A stretch of DNA of 32,000 nt from Desulfotruncus alcoholivorax DSM 16058 (GTDB lineage Bacteria > Bacillota > Desulfotomaculia > Desulfotomaculales > Desulfallaceae): positions 1-32,000 of the forward strand of contig NZ_AUMW01000032.1 of the NCBI RefSeq assembly GCF_000430885.1, written 5' to 3'. The translations under genes and the position numbers were made by a program. This document shows, piece by piece, positions 7,195 to 14,801 of the stretch. How positions within the stretch are numbered: the stretch's first letter is position 1; each line of letters starts with the position of its first letter. The notes beneath the pieces were generated by a model. That model searched no databases. It saw only the letters and a program-made list of their open reading frames with translations, and had not been told where the DNA came from.

Positions 7195-8364
7195 TCAGGT
7201 CTCCATTCCCCTTAACGCCAGCCCCACGGCCACGGCAAAATCAGGGCCTTCTTGATGCCAATCGATATTGCGCGCGTTGACCGCGCCCTTAAAAGACACC
7301 GCCGGGTTGATTACTTCAACCGGTATGTCCAGTTCTGAATTTAATAATTCCCTTACACCTTCGGCCCGCGCCCCGCACCCGCTGAGAAACAGGCAGTCGA
7401 CAGTAACTGATTCCCGCTGGGCTAAATAAAAGCCAATGGATGATCTGATCTCCTCCGCCACTGCCCCGGCCCAGCTATACCAGGCGTTGACGGGCAATTC
7501 CACCGGTTTACGCTCTTGCTCCAAGCTAATATCACCCGGAGTAAAGCCATCCGGCTTGCTTTCGACCGCATAGGTGAAAGAATCCTGCTCAGTCTCCGGT
7601 ATCAGGTCACCGGGTAAAAAAATATCCGGCATGTTATCAGCAGCATGAGCAGAAGCCACCTGCCGCTCACTTTGCAATACTATATCAGCAAAATAATTAT
7701 CTTGATCTAAAGCAACCTGCAAATTGGTCGGGATTATTCTGACAAAACGGGGGATTCCCCCTGTTACCAACATCAGCGAGGTTATTCCATTGGAAATATC
7801 GGCGAATATGGTCGTACCCGCCAACCTGCTTTCAGGCACCGTGCGCATCAAGGCAAGGGGCGAGGCATCCACAATCCTGGGCGTCAAAGCTGCGCTGGAT
7901 ATGGCCTGCAGGCTTTTATCCAGCATATCCCGCCTTACGGCAACCATCAGCACTTCCAACCGCGGTCCGGTTTCACCTTGCGTTTCGCCTACAACGGCAA
8001 AATCCAGCATCATTTCCGTAACCGGTATGGGGAAATAGTCACCGGCCTGGAAACGCAGCATTTTATCCAGTTTGCTGAGCTCAATTTTGGGGAAATCAGC
8101 CAGGCGCATCAACACTCCTTGATTTGACACACCCAGCACCACTTCCCGGCTGCCGATACGATAACGGTCCCATAACTCCTTCAGCGCTCCGGTAACAGTT
8201 GCAACGTCTTCAATAACCCCTTCCACTATTGCTTCTTCCGGAATCTCGATTTGTTCCGCTTTGACCAGGTCGGCCGTGCGCAGCGTGCCGGTTATTTCGA
8301 CGGCACGGATAACCCCCGTTTCCAATTGCAGTCCCACCGCGCTTTTTTTTCTTAGAAATTTCAA
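7195..8364 (-). CDS. pilM: Type IV pilus assembly ATP-binding protein PilM (actin-like)
   Basis: The N-terminus reads KKSAVGLQLETGVIRAVEI...GVIEDVATVTGALKELW..LGVSNQGVLMRL.DFP, typical of PilM. The start is TTG 8364 with GAAGG 6 nt upstream. Confidence 0.9.
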   Translation of the reverse strand: MKFLRKKSAVGLQLETGVIRAVEITGTLRTADLVKAEQIEIPEEAIVEGVIEDVATVTGALKELWDRYRIGSREVVLGVSNQGVLMRLADFPKIELSKLDKMLRFQAGDYFPIPVTEMMLDFAVVGETQGETGPRLEVLMVAVRRDMLDKSLQAISSAALTPRIVDASPLALMRTVPESRLAGTTIFADISNGITSLMLVTGGIPRFVRIIPTNLQVALDQDNYFADIVLQSERQVASAHAADNMPDIFLPGDLIPETEQDSFTYAVESKPDGFTPGDISLEQERKPVELPVNAWYSWAGAVAEEIRSSIGFYLAQRESVTVDCLFLSGCGARAEGVRELLNSELDIPVEVINPAVSFKGAVNARNIDWHQEGPDFAVAVGLALRGMET

Positions 8365-8401
8365 AATTAACCTTCAGCTCCTTAGCACGGGTTTTCAGTG
8401 T

Positions 8402-9097
8402 TCAGGAAAAAAACCTGGCCAACAGTTCCAAGCTCTTTTTCAGCAAGCGGGAAACCTTTCGCTGGCTGACACCCAGGGCTTCCGCCGTTTCTCTTTGGGT
8501 CAGGCCATGATAAAAAAGCGCTTCTATCACTTTGCGCTGTATCTTTGACAGCTTGTCCAATGCCATTTTCAAGGCAATGCGGTCCTCTATCGGCAAGGTA
8601 AAACTTTCGTACCTCAAGCTGTGGATTTGTGAAATATCTATCTCATCTATGGAGACCCAGCCCGCGCGCATGGCTTGCAGCACGCCTTCTTCGCGCACGT
8701 TCAATGCACCGGCGATCTGGGCTATGGACGGCACTTCGCCGTTCAACTGCAAGTGGTCTTCGATGACCCGGTTGACCTTTTCCTGCAATTCAGCCACCCA
8801 AGCCGGCCGGTCAAAGGTTGCTTCCCGGCGGATCAAATGGCGCATTTCACCCATGATATAATGGCCGGCATAGGTGCTGAAAGACACTCCCCGGCTCCGG
8901 TCATAGCGTTTCGCCGCTTTAAGCAAACCCTCAAAGCCGGCCTGAAGAAGATCTTCTTTGCTTTGCCCGGGAGCATAGATATTGGCAAAATAATGCACAA
9001 GCCCGGTTCCTGCTACTACCAGTTCATGCAAGGCGGTTTCATCCTTGGCCTGCAGGTATGCCTCCATGGCTGCTTCAATTTTGGGGTAACCATTCAT
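8402..9097 (-). CDS. Group-3 sigma-70 family sigma factor (SigB/F/G-FliA-like)
   Basis: Region 2 reads DLLQAGFEGLLKAAKRYDRSRGVSFSTYAGHYIMGEMRHLIRR. Region 3 reads PSIAQIAGALNVREEGV. Region 4.2 HTH reads LTQRETAEALGVSQRKVSRLLKKSL. ATG 9097 has GGGAGG 6 nt upstream, inside the last codons of pilC. Confidence 0.9.
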   Translation of the reverse strand: MNGYPKIEAAMEAYLQAKDETALHELVVAGTGLVHYFANIYAPGQSKEDLLQAGFEGLLKAAKRYDRSRGVSFSTYAGHYIMGEMRHLIRREATFDRPAWVAELQEKVNRVIEDHLQLNGEVPSIAQIAGALNVREEGVLQAMRAGWVSIDEIDISQIHSLRYESFTLPIEDRIALKMALDKLSKIQRKVIEALFYHGLTQRETAEALGVSQRKVSRLLKKSLELLARFFS

Positions 9098-9100
9098 CTT

Positions 9101-10309
9101 TTACCTCCCTACTGAAGTCACCACGGTAAAGATAGGCAAGTAAACGGCTATTACAATGGAGCCGATGGTAATGCCCACAACTATCAGCAGCACCGGTTCC
9201 AACATGGCAGTCAGCCCCTTGGTCATGGCTGCCACTTCTTCCTCGTAAAAATCGGCCACCCGCCCCAGCAGAGTGGAAAGCTGGCCGGTTTCCTCGCCGA
9301 CGGCCACCATGTTAACCAGCATGGGCGGGAAAAATTCGCTCTTTTTCAGTAAAGAAGCTATACTTTGCCCTTCCTGGATGCCTTGGCCCGCCTGTTTGAC
9401 CGCCTCGGCAACCTGGATGCTGCCGGAGGCCGGGCCGGCCGCTTCCAGCGCCTGCAACACCGGGATGCCTCCGGACAGGAGGGTGGATAAAGTGCGTGAA
9501 AAGGCGGCGACGGTTGTTTTTTTAAAAAGCTCCCCCAGCACCGGCAGCCTGAACCTGAGTATATCCCATGCTTTCTTGCCGTTTGGGCCGGATAGATAGT
9601 AACGCAAACCAAAAATAAATCCGATCATCCCCAGGAAGCACAAATACCAGTAACTGCGCAGCACATTGCTGACCCCCACAACAATTCTGGTCGGCAGCGG
9701 CAGGCTGACGCCTTCCGGAAAGAAGCCGACAAAAATGGGGACAACGAACAACATCAGCGCCATGACCACGCAAAAAGCAAATATCAAAACCACCGACGGG
9801 TAAAAGGTGGCGGCCCGGATTTGGTCCTTCAGGTGTTTGCTGCGCTCCAGCTGGTCGGACAGCCGCCTTAGCATTTCTTCGATGGAACCGCTGATTTCAC
9901 CAGCTTTGATCATATCAACATACATGGAGGAAAAAGTTTCCGGGTATGCCCGCAGCGCATCGGAAAAACTGGCGCCGCTTTCCACGCTTCTGGCCACTTC
10001 ACCGATAATGTTGCTCAAAGTTGGGTTACTTGTCTGCTCCTGCAGGGTGAAAAGACAACGGGTCAGCGGGATGCCGGCGACGAGCATGGCCGCCAGCTGG
10101 CGGCTGAAAAAACTGATATCGCCGGTCTTTATTTTGCGCCGCCTGAACAAGGTGAAGGTAAAAGAAGTATTTTTCACCTCCGCCAGGTCTATGACCATGT
10201 AACCCATTTTCCGCAACTTGGCGACAGCGGAATTTTCCTGCTCCGCCTCCATTTTTCCGGATACCGGCACGCCTTTTGCGTCTATGGCTTCATATGTGTA
10301 AAGGGGCAT
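9101..10309 (-). CDS. pilC: Type IV pilus platform protein PilC (GspF family)
   Basis: Two T2SSF repeats are present, with the typical FSRQLA.ML.AGIPL and AFSRTLSTLLSGGIPVLQAL motifs, plus three TM segments. The ATG has an AGGAAGG SD. Confidence 0.95.
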   Translation of the reverse strand: MPLYTYEAIDAKGVPVSGKMEAEQENSAVAKLRKMGYMVIDLAEVKNTSFTFTLFRRRKIKTGDISFFSRQLAAMLVAGIPLTRCLFTLQEQTSNPTLSNIIGEVARSVESGASFSDALRAYPETFSSMYVDMIKAGEISGSIEEMLRRLSDQLERSKHLKDQIRAATFYPSVVLIFAFCVVMALMLFVVPIFVGFFPEGVSLPLPTRIVVGVSNVLRSYWYLCFLGMIGFIFGLRYYLSGPNGKKAWDILRFRLPVLGELFKKTTVAAFSRTLSTLLSGGIPVLQALEAAGPASGSIQVAEAVKQAGQGIQEGQSIASLLKKSEFFPPMLVNMVAVGEETGQLSTLLGRVADFYEEEVAAMTKGLTAMLEPVLLIVVGITIGSIVIAVYLPIFTVVTSVGR

Positions 10310-10329
10310 CGAACCAACCTTCCTGTCAA

Positions 10330-11415
10330 TTAAAAAGGTATATTTTTCTTCAAGGCCCGTTCCAGCTCAATACGGTCAACCGCCTTAATCAAGGCGTTTT
10401 CTCTGGAAATCAACCCGGACAGGCACAATTCGGCCAGGGCCTGGTCCATGGTTTGCATCCCCACATTGCGGCCGGTTTGCATAACCGTGTACAGCTGGTA
10501 TTCTTTACCTTCCCTGATTAAATTTTTAACCGCCGGGGTGGCCCAAAGTATTTCAACGGCGGCCACTCTGCCTTTGCCGTCAGCCCGGGGAATCAACTGC
10601 TGCGCCACAACGGATTGCAATGAATCGGAAAGCTGCTGCCTGATCTGGTTGCGGATGCCCTCCGGGAAAACGTCGACAATCCGGTGGATGGCCAGGGGCG
10701 CCGTTTGGGTGTGCAGCGTGGAAAAGACCAGGTGCCCGGTTTCAGCTGCGGTTAGCGCTATGGAGATACTTTCCATGTCCCTCATTTCACCGATTAAAAT
10801 AACGTCGGGGTCGTGGCGCAACACATGCTTTAGGGCCGCGGCAAAAGAATGGGTATCGCTGCCCACCTCGCGCTGCTTGATAATGGATTTCTTGTGGCTA
10901 TGTAAAAATTCAATGGGGTCTTCTACGGTAACTATGTTAAGGCAACGGTTTTCGTTGATCAGGTTTATAATTGATGCCAGTGTGGTTGATTTGCCGCTGC
11001 CTGTCGGGCCGGTCACCAGAACCAGGCCGCGTGGCAACCTGGCAATATTTTTCGCCGATGCCGGCAAGCCTAGGCTTTCAAATTTGGGGATTTCCATGGC
11101 CACCACCCTGAAATTAACCGCCAGCGAGCCACGCTGCCACATGATATTGCCCCGGAACCGGCTTAAGCCCGGTACGGAGTAGGAGAAGTCCAGTTCCAGC
11201 TCCTTTTCCAGGCGGTCCTTTTGCTTGGGCGTAAGGATTGCATATACCAGTTGCTCTATATCCTGCGGCATTAGCCGGGGCATATCCGTCGTTACCAGTT
11301 CACCGTTGATCCTGATTACAGGCGGCTTGCCGGCAGTCAGGTGTAAATCGGAACCATTCATTTTAACTGTACGGGTGAGAATTTCATTCATGTCCAGCCC
11401 CGCTTGCGAACTCAT
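10330..11415 (-). CDS. pilT: Twitching-motility retraction ATPase PilT
   Basis: The ORF is 361 aa. It has Walker A GPTGSGKSTT, Walker B/Asp box VILIGEMRD, a His box TGHLVFSTLHT and the PilT-specific AIHRIVDVFP motif. The start overlaps the pilB stop (ATGA). Confidence 0.95.
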   Translation of the reverse strand: MSSQAGLDMNEILTRTVKMNGSDLHLTAGKPPVIRINGELVTTDMPRLMPQDIEQLVYAILTPKQKDRLEKELELDFSYSVPGLSRFRGNIMWQRGSLAVNFRVVAMEIPKFESLGLPASAKNIARLPRGLVLVTGPTGSGKSTTLASIINLINENRCLNIVTVEDPIEFLHSHKKSIIKQREVGSDTHSFAAALKHVLRHDPDVILIGEMRDMESISIALTAAETGHLVFSTLHTQTAPLAIHRIVDVFPEGIRNQIRQQLSDSLQSVVAQQLIPRADGKGRVAAVEILWATPAVKNLIREGKEYQLYTVMQTGRNVGMQTMDQALAELCLSGLISRENALIKAVDRIELERALKKNIPF

Positions 11416-13082
11416 AATATCACCCTCATTAACTCTTCCAATGAAGTAATTCCTTGCTTTACCTTGATCAGTCCGTCCTGGCGGAGTGTGATCATTCCCT
11501 CGGCTATTGCAGCTTCCTTGATCTCCCTGGCCGGCCTGCGTTCCAGGGCCAGGCGCTGAATAGTTTCCGTCACAAACAGAAGTTCATAAATACCTGTGCG
11601 GCCCCGGTACCCGGTATTACTGCAGCGTATGCACCCCACGGGACGGTATAGTTTTACCCGGTCCTCTCCTTCATTAAAAGGAAAATCCGGTATATCCCCA
11701 AGCTCATCTCGCGTTATTTCGTATTCTTGTTTACAGTTCCGGCATAAAACCCGGGCCAGGCGCTGGGCTAAGATACAGACAATTGATGAAGCAGTTAAAA
11801 AAGGTTCAATACCCATTTCGGTCAGGCGGCTGATGGCGCCGGCCGCATCATTCGTATGCAGGGTGGAAAAAACCAGATGACCGGTTAAAGCAGCTTCAAT
11901 GGCCAACTTGGCTGTTTCCTGATCTCTTATTTCGCCTACCATGATAATATCCGGGTCACTCCGTAATATGGAGCGCAACCCGGATGCAAAAGTGAGACCG
12001 GCCTTGGGATTGATTTGTATCTGGTTAATGCCTTCCATGCGGTATTCAACCGGGTCTTCCACAGTGATAACATTTTTGGCCACCCTGTCCACGGTAATCA
12101 GGCTGGCATATAAACTTGTGCTTTTGCCGCTGCCGGTCGGGCCTGTAACCAGGATGCAGCCGTAGGGCATATTGATGGCATCCCGGTATTTTTGCAATAC
12201 CACTTGCTCAAGCCCCAATTCCTCCAGAGTTATTATTTTGGCCGACCGGTCCAGCAGCCGCAGGGTCAGTCGCTCGCCAAAACTTGCGGGCAGTGAAGCT
12301 ACCCTGGCGTCAATGGTGCGGCCCTCAATTTTAATGGACATACGGCCGTCCTGGGGAATTCTGCGCTCGGCAATGTTCATATTGGCCATTATTTTTATGC
12401 GCGAAACCAGCGAAGCGTGCATTTTCCTGGAAAGCTGCATCATATCATGCAAAACACCGTCAATTCTGAAACGTATCCTCAGCTGGCTTTCGTAAACTTC
12501 GATATGCACATCGCTGGCCTTGGCGTTCACAGCCTGGACCAAGATCATGTTGGCCAGTTGAACCGCAGGCTTAACTTCAGCGTCGCCTGCTTCAATATCA
12601 ACATCTTCTTCCGGCAGTTGTTCATCCGCTGATTGTTCAAACTCCAAATTAACCCGGCTGTATTTTTCCAGTGCCGCGCTGAATTCACTGTCCGGTACGA
12701 CTACCGGCTTGATATCATAGCCGGTTAATATGCGTATATCATCAATAGCCATAACGTTGTTGGGATGCTGCATGGCTACCAGCAGCTTATCCCCGCTAAA
12801 GCCAATGGGCAGTGCTTTATATTTTCTCTGGGCCTCCGTGGGCAACTTGGCTACGGCAGACGGGTCAATCGGGAATGTTTCAAGTGATACAAAAGGTATC
12901 CCGGCCCGTTTGGCCATAACCCTGGCGATATCTTCCTCCTTGCAATAACCTAAATCCACCAGGGCTTTGCCCAGAAAAACCCGGTTGGTTTTTTGATATT
13001 CCAATGCCTGTTCCAGTTGTTTCTGAGTAATGACCCCTTCTTGAACCAACCGGGAACCCAGAAAATCTTTGGTTAATTTCAT
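11412..13082 (-). CDS. pilB: Type IV pilus extension ATPase PilB (GspE family) with MshEN-type N-terminal domain
   Basis: It has Walker A GPTGSGKSTS, IIMVGEIRD, TGHLVFSTLHTN and a tetracysteine motif CRNCK...CIRCSNTGYRGR. I chose ATG 13082 (MKLTKDFLG...) because GGAGGA sits 4 nt upstream. The ATG at 13097 has its SD too close. Confidence 0.95.
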   Translation of the reverse strand: MKLTKDFLGSRLVQEGVITQKQLEQALEYQKTNRVFLGKALVDLGYCKEEDIARVMAKRAGIPFVSLETFPIDPSAVAKLPTEAQRKYKALPIGFSGDKLLVAMQHPNNVMAIDDIRILTGYDIKPVVVPDSEFSAALEKYSRVNLEFEQSADEQLPEEDVDIEAGDAEVKPAVQLANMILVQAVNAKASDVHIEVYESQLRIRFRIDGVLHDMMQLSRKMHASLVSRIKIMANMNIAERRIPQDGRMSIKIEGRTIDARVASLPASFGERLTLRLLDRSAKIITLEELGLEQVVLQKYRDAINMPYGCILVTGPTGSGKSTSLYASLITVDRVAKNVITVEDPVEYRMEGINQIQINPKAGLTFASGLRSILRSDPDIIMVGEIRDQETAKLAIEAALTGHLVFSTLHTNDAAGAISRLTEMGIEPFLTASSIVCILAQRLARVLCRNCKQEYEITRDELGDIPDFPFNEGEDRVKLYRPVGCIRCSNTGYRGRTGIYELLFVTETIQRLALERRPAREIKEAAIAEGMITLRQDGLIKVKQGITSLEELMRVIL

Positions 13083-13204
13083 CCAATCCTCCGACATTCT
13101 CCCTGATTATTAAATTAATTTCAAGAAAAAGAAACATATACCTGCTTATTGCGCAAAAATATCAATTGTTATAATCTGTTATTTTAATAACCACATATAC
13201 TAAT

Positions 13205-13240
13205 AAAATAAAAAAGCACGATACTTTTCAGTGATCGTGC
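13205..13240 (-). terminator. Intrinsic terminator forming the expression platform of the riboswitch leader
   Basis: The minus strand reads GCACGAUCAC-UGAAAA-GUAUCGUGC, a 9-bp stem with one bulged C, followed by UUUUUUAUUUUAUU. It lies about 120 nt upstream of the pilB start. Confidence 0.7.
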
Positions 13241-13330
13241 CTGGTAGTTCGACTGCCGTAGCTTATGCCTTAGGCCCGCAACTTTGCGCCCGCTTCTTTC
13301 GAAACGTTTGCCTTTTTCAGACTCTAAACG
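13241..13330 (-). promoter_or_regulatory. Class I cyclic-di-GMP riboswitch aptamer (GEMM-I)
   Basis: The minus-strand RNA is CGUUUAGAGUCUGAAAAAGGCAAACGUUUCGAAAGAAGCGGGCGCAAAGUUGCGGGCCUAAGGCAUAAGCUACGGCAGUCGAACUACCAG. It contains GGCAAAC, then a 6-bp hairpin capped by a GAAA tetraloop, then GGGCGCAAAG, then a CCUAAG...UACGG tetraloop-receptor-like pair, then a 3' ..CUACC. Order and spacing match what I remember for V. cholerae Vc2 (GGGCAAACCAUUCGAAAGAGUGGGACGCAAAGCC..CCUAA..GGUUACC). No covariance-model search was run. Confidence 0.7.
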
Positions 13331-13351
13331 GATATGTTTATATTTTGATTA

Positions 13352-13380
13352 ATTATAAATATAAATTATTTTAATTACAA
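13352..13380 (-). promoter_or_regulatory. Candidate sigma-A promoter driving the riboswitch-pilB operon
   Basis: The minus strand reads TTGTAA-17 nt-TATAAT in an AT-rich stretch. The predicted start site is about 15 nt upstream of the aptamer. Confidence 0.5.
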
Positions 13381-13432
13381 CATCAAAGGATATGTTTTTC
13401 CATAATCATGAATTAAAAATTATTTATAAACG

Positions 13433-13465
13433 ACGGGCGGGCGGACAGGGTCGTCCGCCCCTACA
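13433..13465. repeat. REP-like repeat family A, core-only copy
   Basis: The sequence is GACGGGC(GG)GCGGACAGGGTCGTCCGCCCCTACA, with the hairpin GGGCGGAC-N6-GTCCGCCC at 13439-13460. The same core occurs at 23422-23443 and about 26769-26790. Confidence 0.85.
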
Positions 13466-13517
13466 CCCTCTTCATCCACGGTGTCGTATGTACGGCACGG
13501 ATGACTATGCAGGAGAC

Positions 13518-13560
13518 AGGAGTCAGAATGCCCCGAGCTGGTTCTCTCATTCTGACTCCT
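13518..13560. repeat. Palindromic repeat family C, copy 1
   Basis: A perfect 13-bp inverted repeat, AGGAGTCAGAATG-N17-CATTCTGACTCCT, lies directly after the pilC2 stop. It shares CAGAATGCCCC and GGTTCTCTCATTCTGACTCCTGA with 21264-21318. Confidence 0.85.
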
Positions 13561-13573
13561 GACTTCTGATTTC

Positions 13574-14782
13574 TTATTCTATGGAACTGATCGCACTGAA
13601 CATAGGCAGCATGATGGCTATGACAATAAAGCCCACCACTCCTCCCAAAACTACTATCAACACCGGTTCTATAACTGATGACAGGCGGGCTACTTTATCC
13701 TCAACCTCCCGCTCATAATACACGGCCAGCTTTTCCAGCATGGCATCCAGCGCGCCGGTTTCCTCCCCGATAGAGATCATGCTCGTCACCATGGGCGGAA
13801 AAACGCCGCTTTGCTGTAAAGGTTGAGCAATTCCCTCTCCCCTTTGCACACAATCTGCCGCCTTTGCTATAGCTCTCTCCACAATTGAGTTTGCCACAAC
13901 TTTTTTTACCACGTCGAACGACTGAAGCAGCGGCACTCCGCTGGACAGCAGCAGCGCCAGGGTGCGGGCAAACCTGGCAATAATTATGCGTTTTATCAAC
14001 GCACCGAAAACGGGTAATCTCATTAGAAGATTATCTGTTACCAGGCGGCCTTTTGATGTTGCGGAAAGTTTTTTACAGGCCAGCCCAAAAGCAACAACAG
14101 TTCCCGCAAACAAGTACCAATAATGGCGTACGTCGACGCTTGCCTTTAGCACCAGCCTGGTTGCGGCCGGAAGTTCAAGGTTGTTGCCGGCCAGCATGGC
14201 AGTAAATGAAGGAAGCACAAAAACGAGCAATGCCGCCACAGCTAAAACAGCAGCCGCCAGTACAGTCGCAGGGTAAGTCATAGCTGACTTTACTTTTTCA
14301 CGTAAATCGTGCTCCTTTTCAAAATGCTCAGCCAGGCGTTCCAAAACCCGGTCGAGCGTGCCGCTTATTTCTCCCGCTTCAAGCATACTGGCAAAAATCC
14401 GGGGGAATACCCCGGGGTAAAGACGGGCCGCTTCCGCCAGTGACCGCCCCTTTTCCAGCATGGCTGCCATACCCTTTACCGCCTGAACGAGCGTTTTATT
14501 GTCATTCTGCCTGGCTAGAATGTCCAGGCATTGCAGAATCGGAACTCCGCTGCCAATCATGGCGGCAAACTGGCGGCAAAAGGGGGCAAGTTCCTTTGCG
14601 CCAACTCCGGGTGCCAAAAGGTTTACCCCCAAACTCTTTTGTTGCCCCGGTGTTACCTCTAAAGCAAATAATCTTTTATTCCTGAGCAAAGACGCTGCAG
14701 CCCCTGCACTTTCCGCGCCGATGCTCCCCCGGACGATCCTGCCCTGATGATTTCTGGCCCTGTAATCATAGATCCGGGTCAT
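13574..14782 (-). CDS. Second GspF/PilC-family platform protein
   Basis: Two T2SSF repeats are present (FCRQFAAMIGSGVPILQCL; FARTLALLLSSGVPLLQSF). I chose ATG 14782 (MTRIYDYRA...) because it follows GAGGA. The track's GTG 14800 has no SD. Confidence 0.9.
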   Translation of the reverse strand: MTRIYDYRARNHQGRIVRGSIGAESAGAAASLLRNKRLFALEVTPGQQKSLGVNLLAPGVGAKELAPFCRQFAAMIGSGVPILQCLDILARQNDNKTLVQAVKGMAAMLEKGRSLAEAARLYPGVFPRIFASMLEAGEISGTLDRVLERLAEHFEKEHDLREKVKSAMTYPATVLAAAVLAVAALLVFVLPSFTAMLAGNNLELPAATRLVLKASVDVRHYWYLFAGTVVAFGLACKKLSATSKGRLVTDNLLMRLPVFGALIKRIIIARFARTLALLLSSGVPLLQSFDVVKKVVANSIVERAIAKAADCVQRGEGIAQPLQQSGVFPPMVTSMISIGEETGALDAMLEKLAVYYEREVEDKVARLSSVIEPVLIVVLGGVVGFIVIAIMLPMFSAISSIE

Positions 14783-14801
14783 TAAATCCTCGCCTTTCAC
14801 A

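Noticed and set aside
10448-11182. A 244-aa plus-strand ORF antisense to pilT. Similar long antisense ORFs occur at 15612-16130, 16741-17265, 8675-9115, 6467-7065, 17833-18276 and 28922-29419.
   Set aside because: Each lies entirely inside a minus-strand gene with unmistakable family motifs. The translations are low-complexity, rich in Ser, Pro, Arg and Ala, and show no recognisable domains or SD-supported starts. They are typical shadow ORFs of GC-rich third-position coding.
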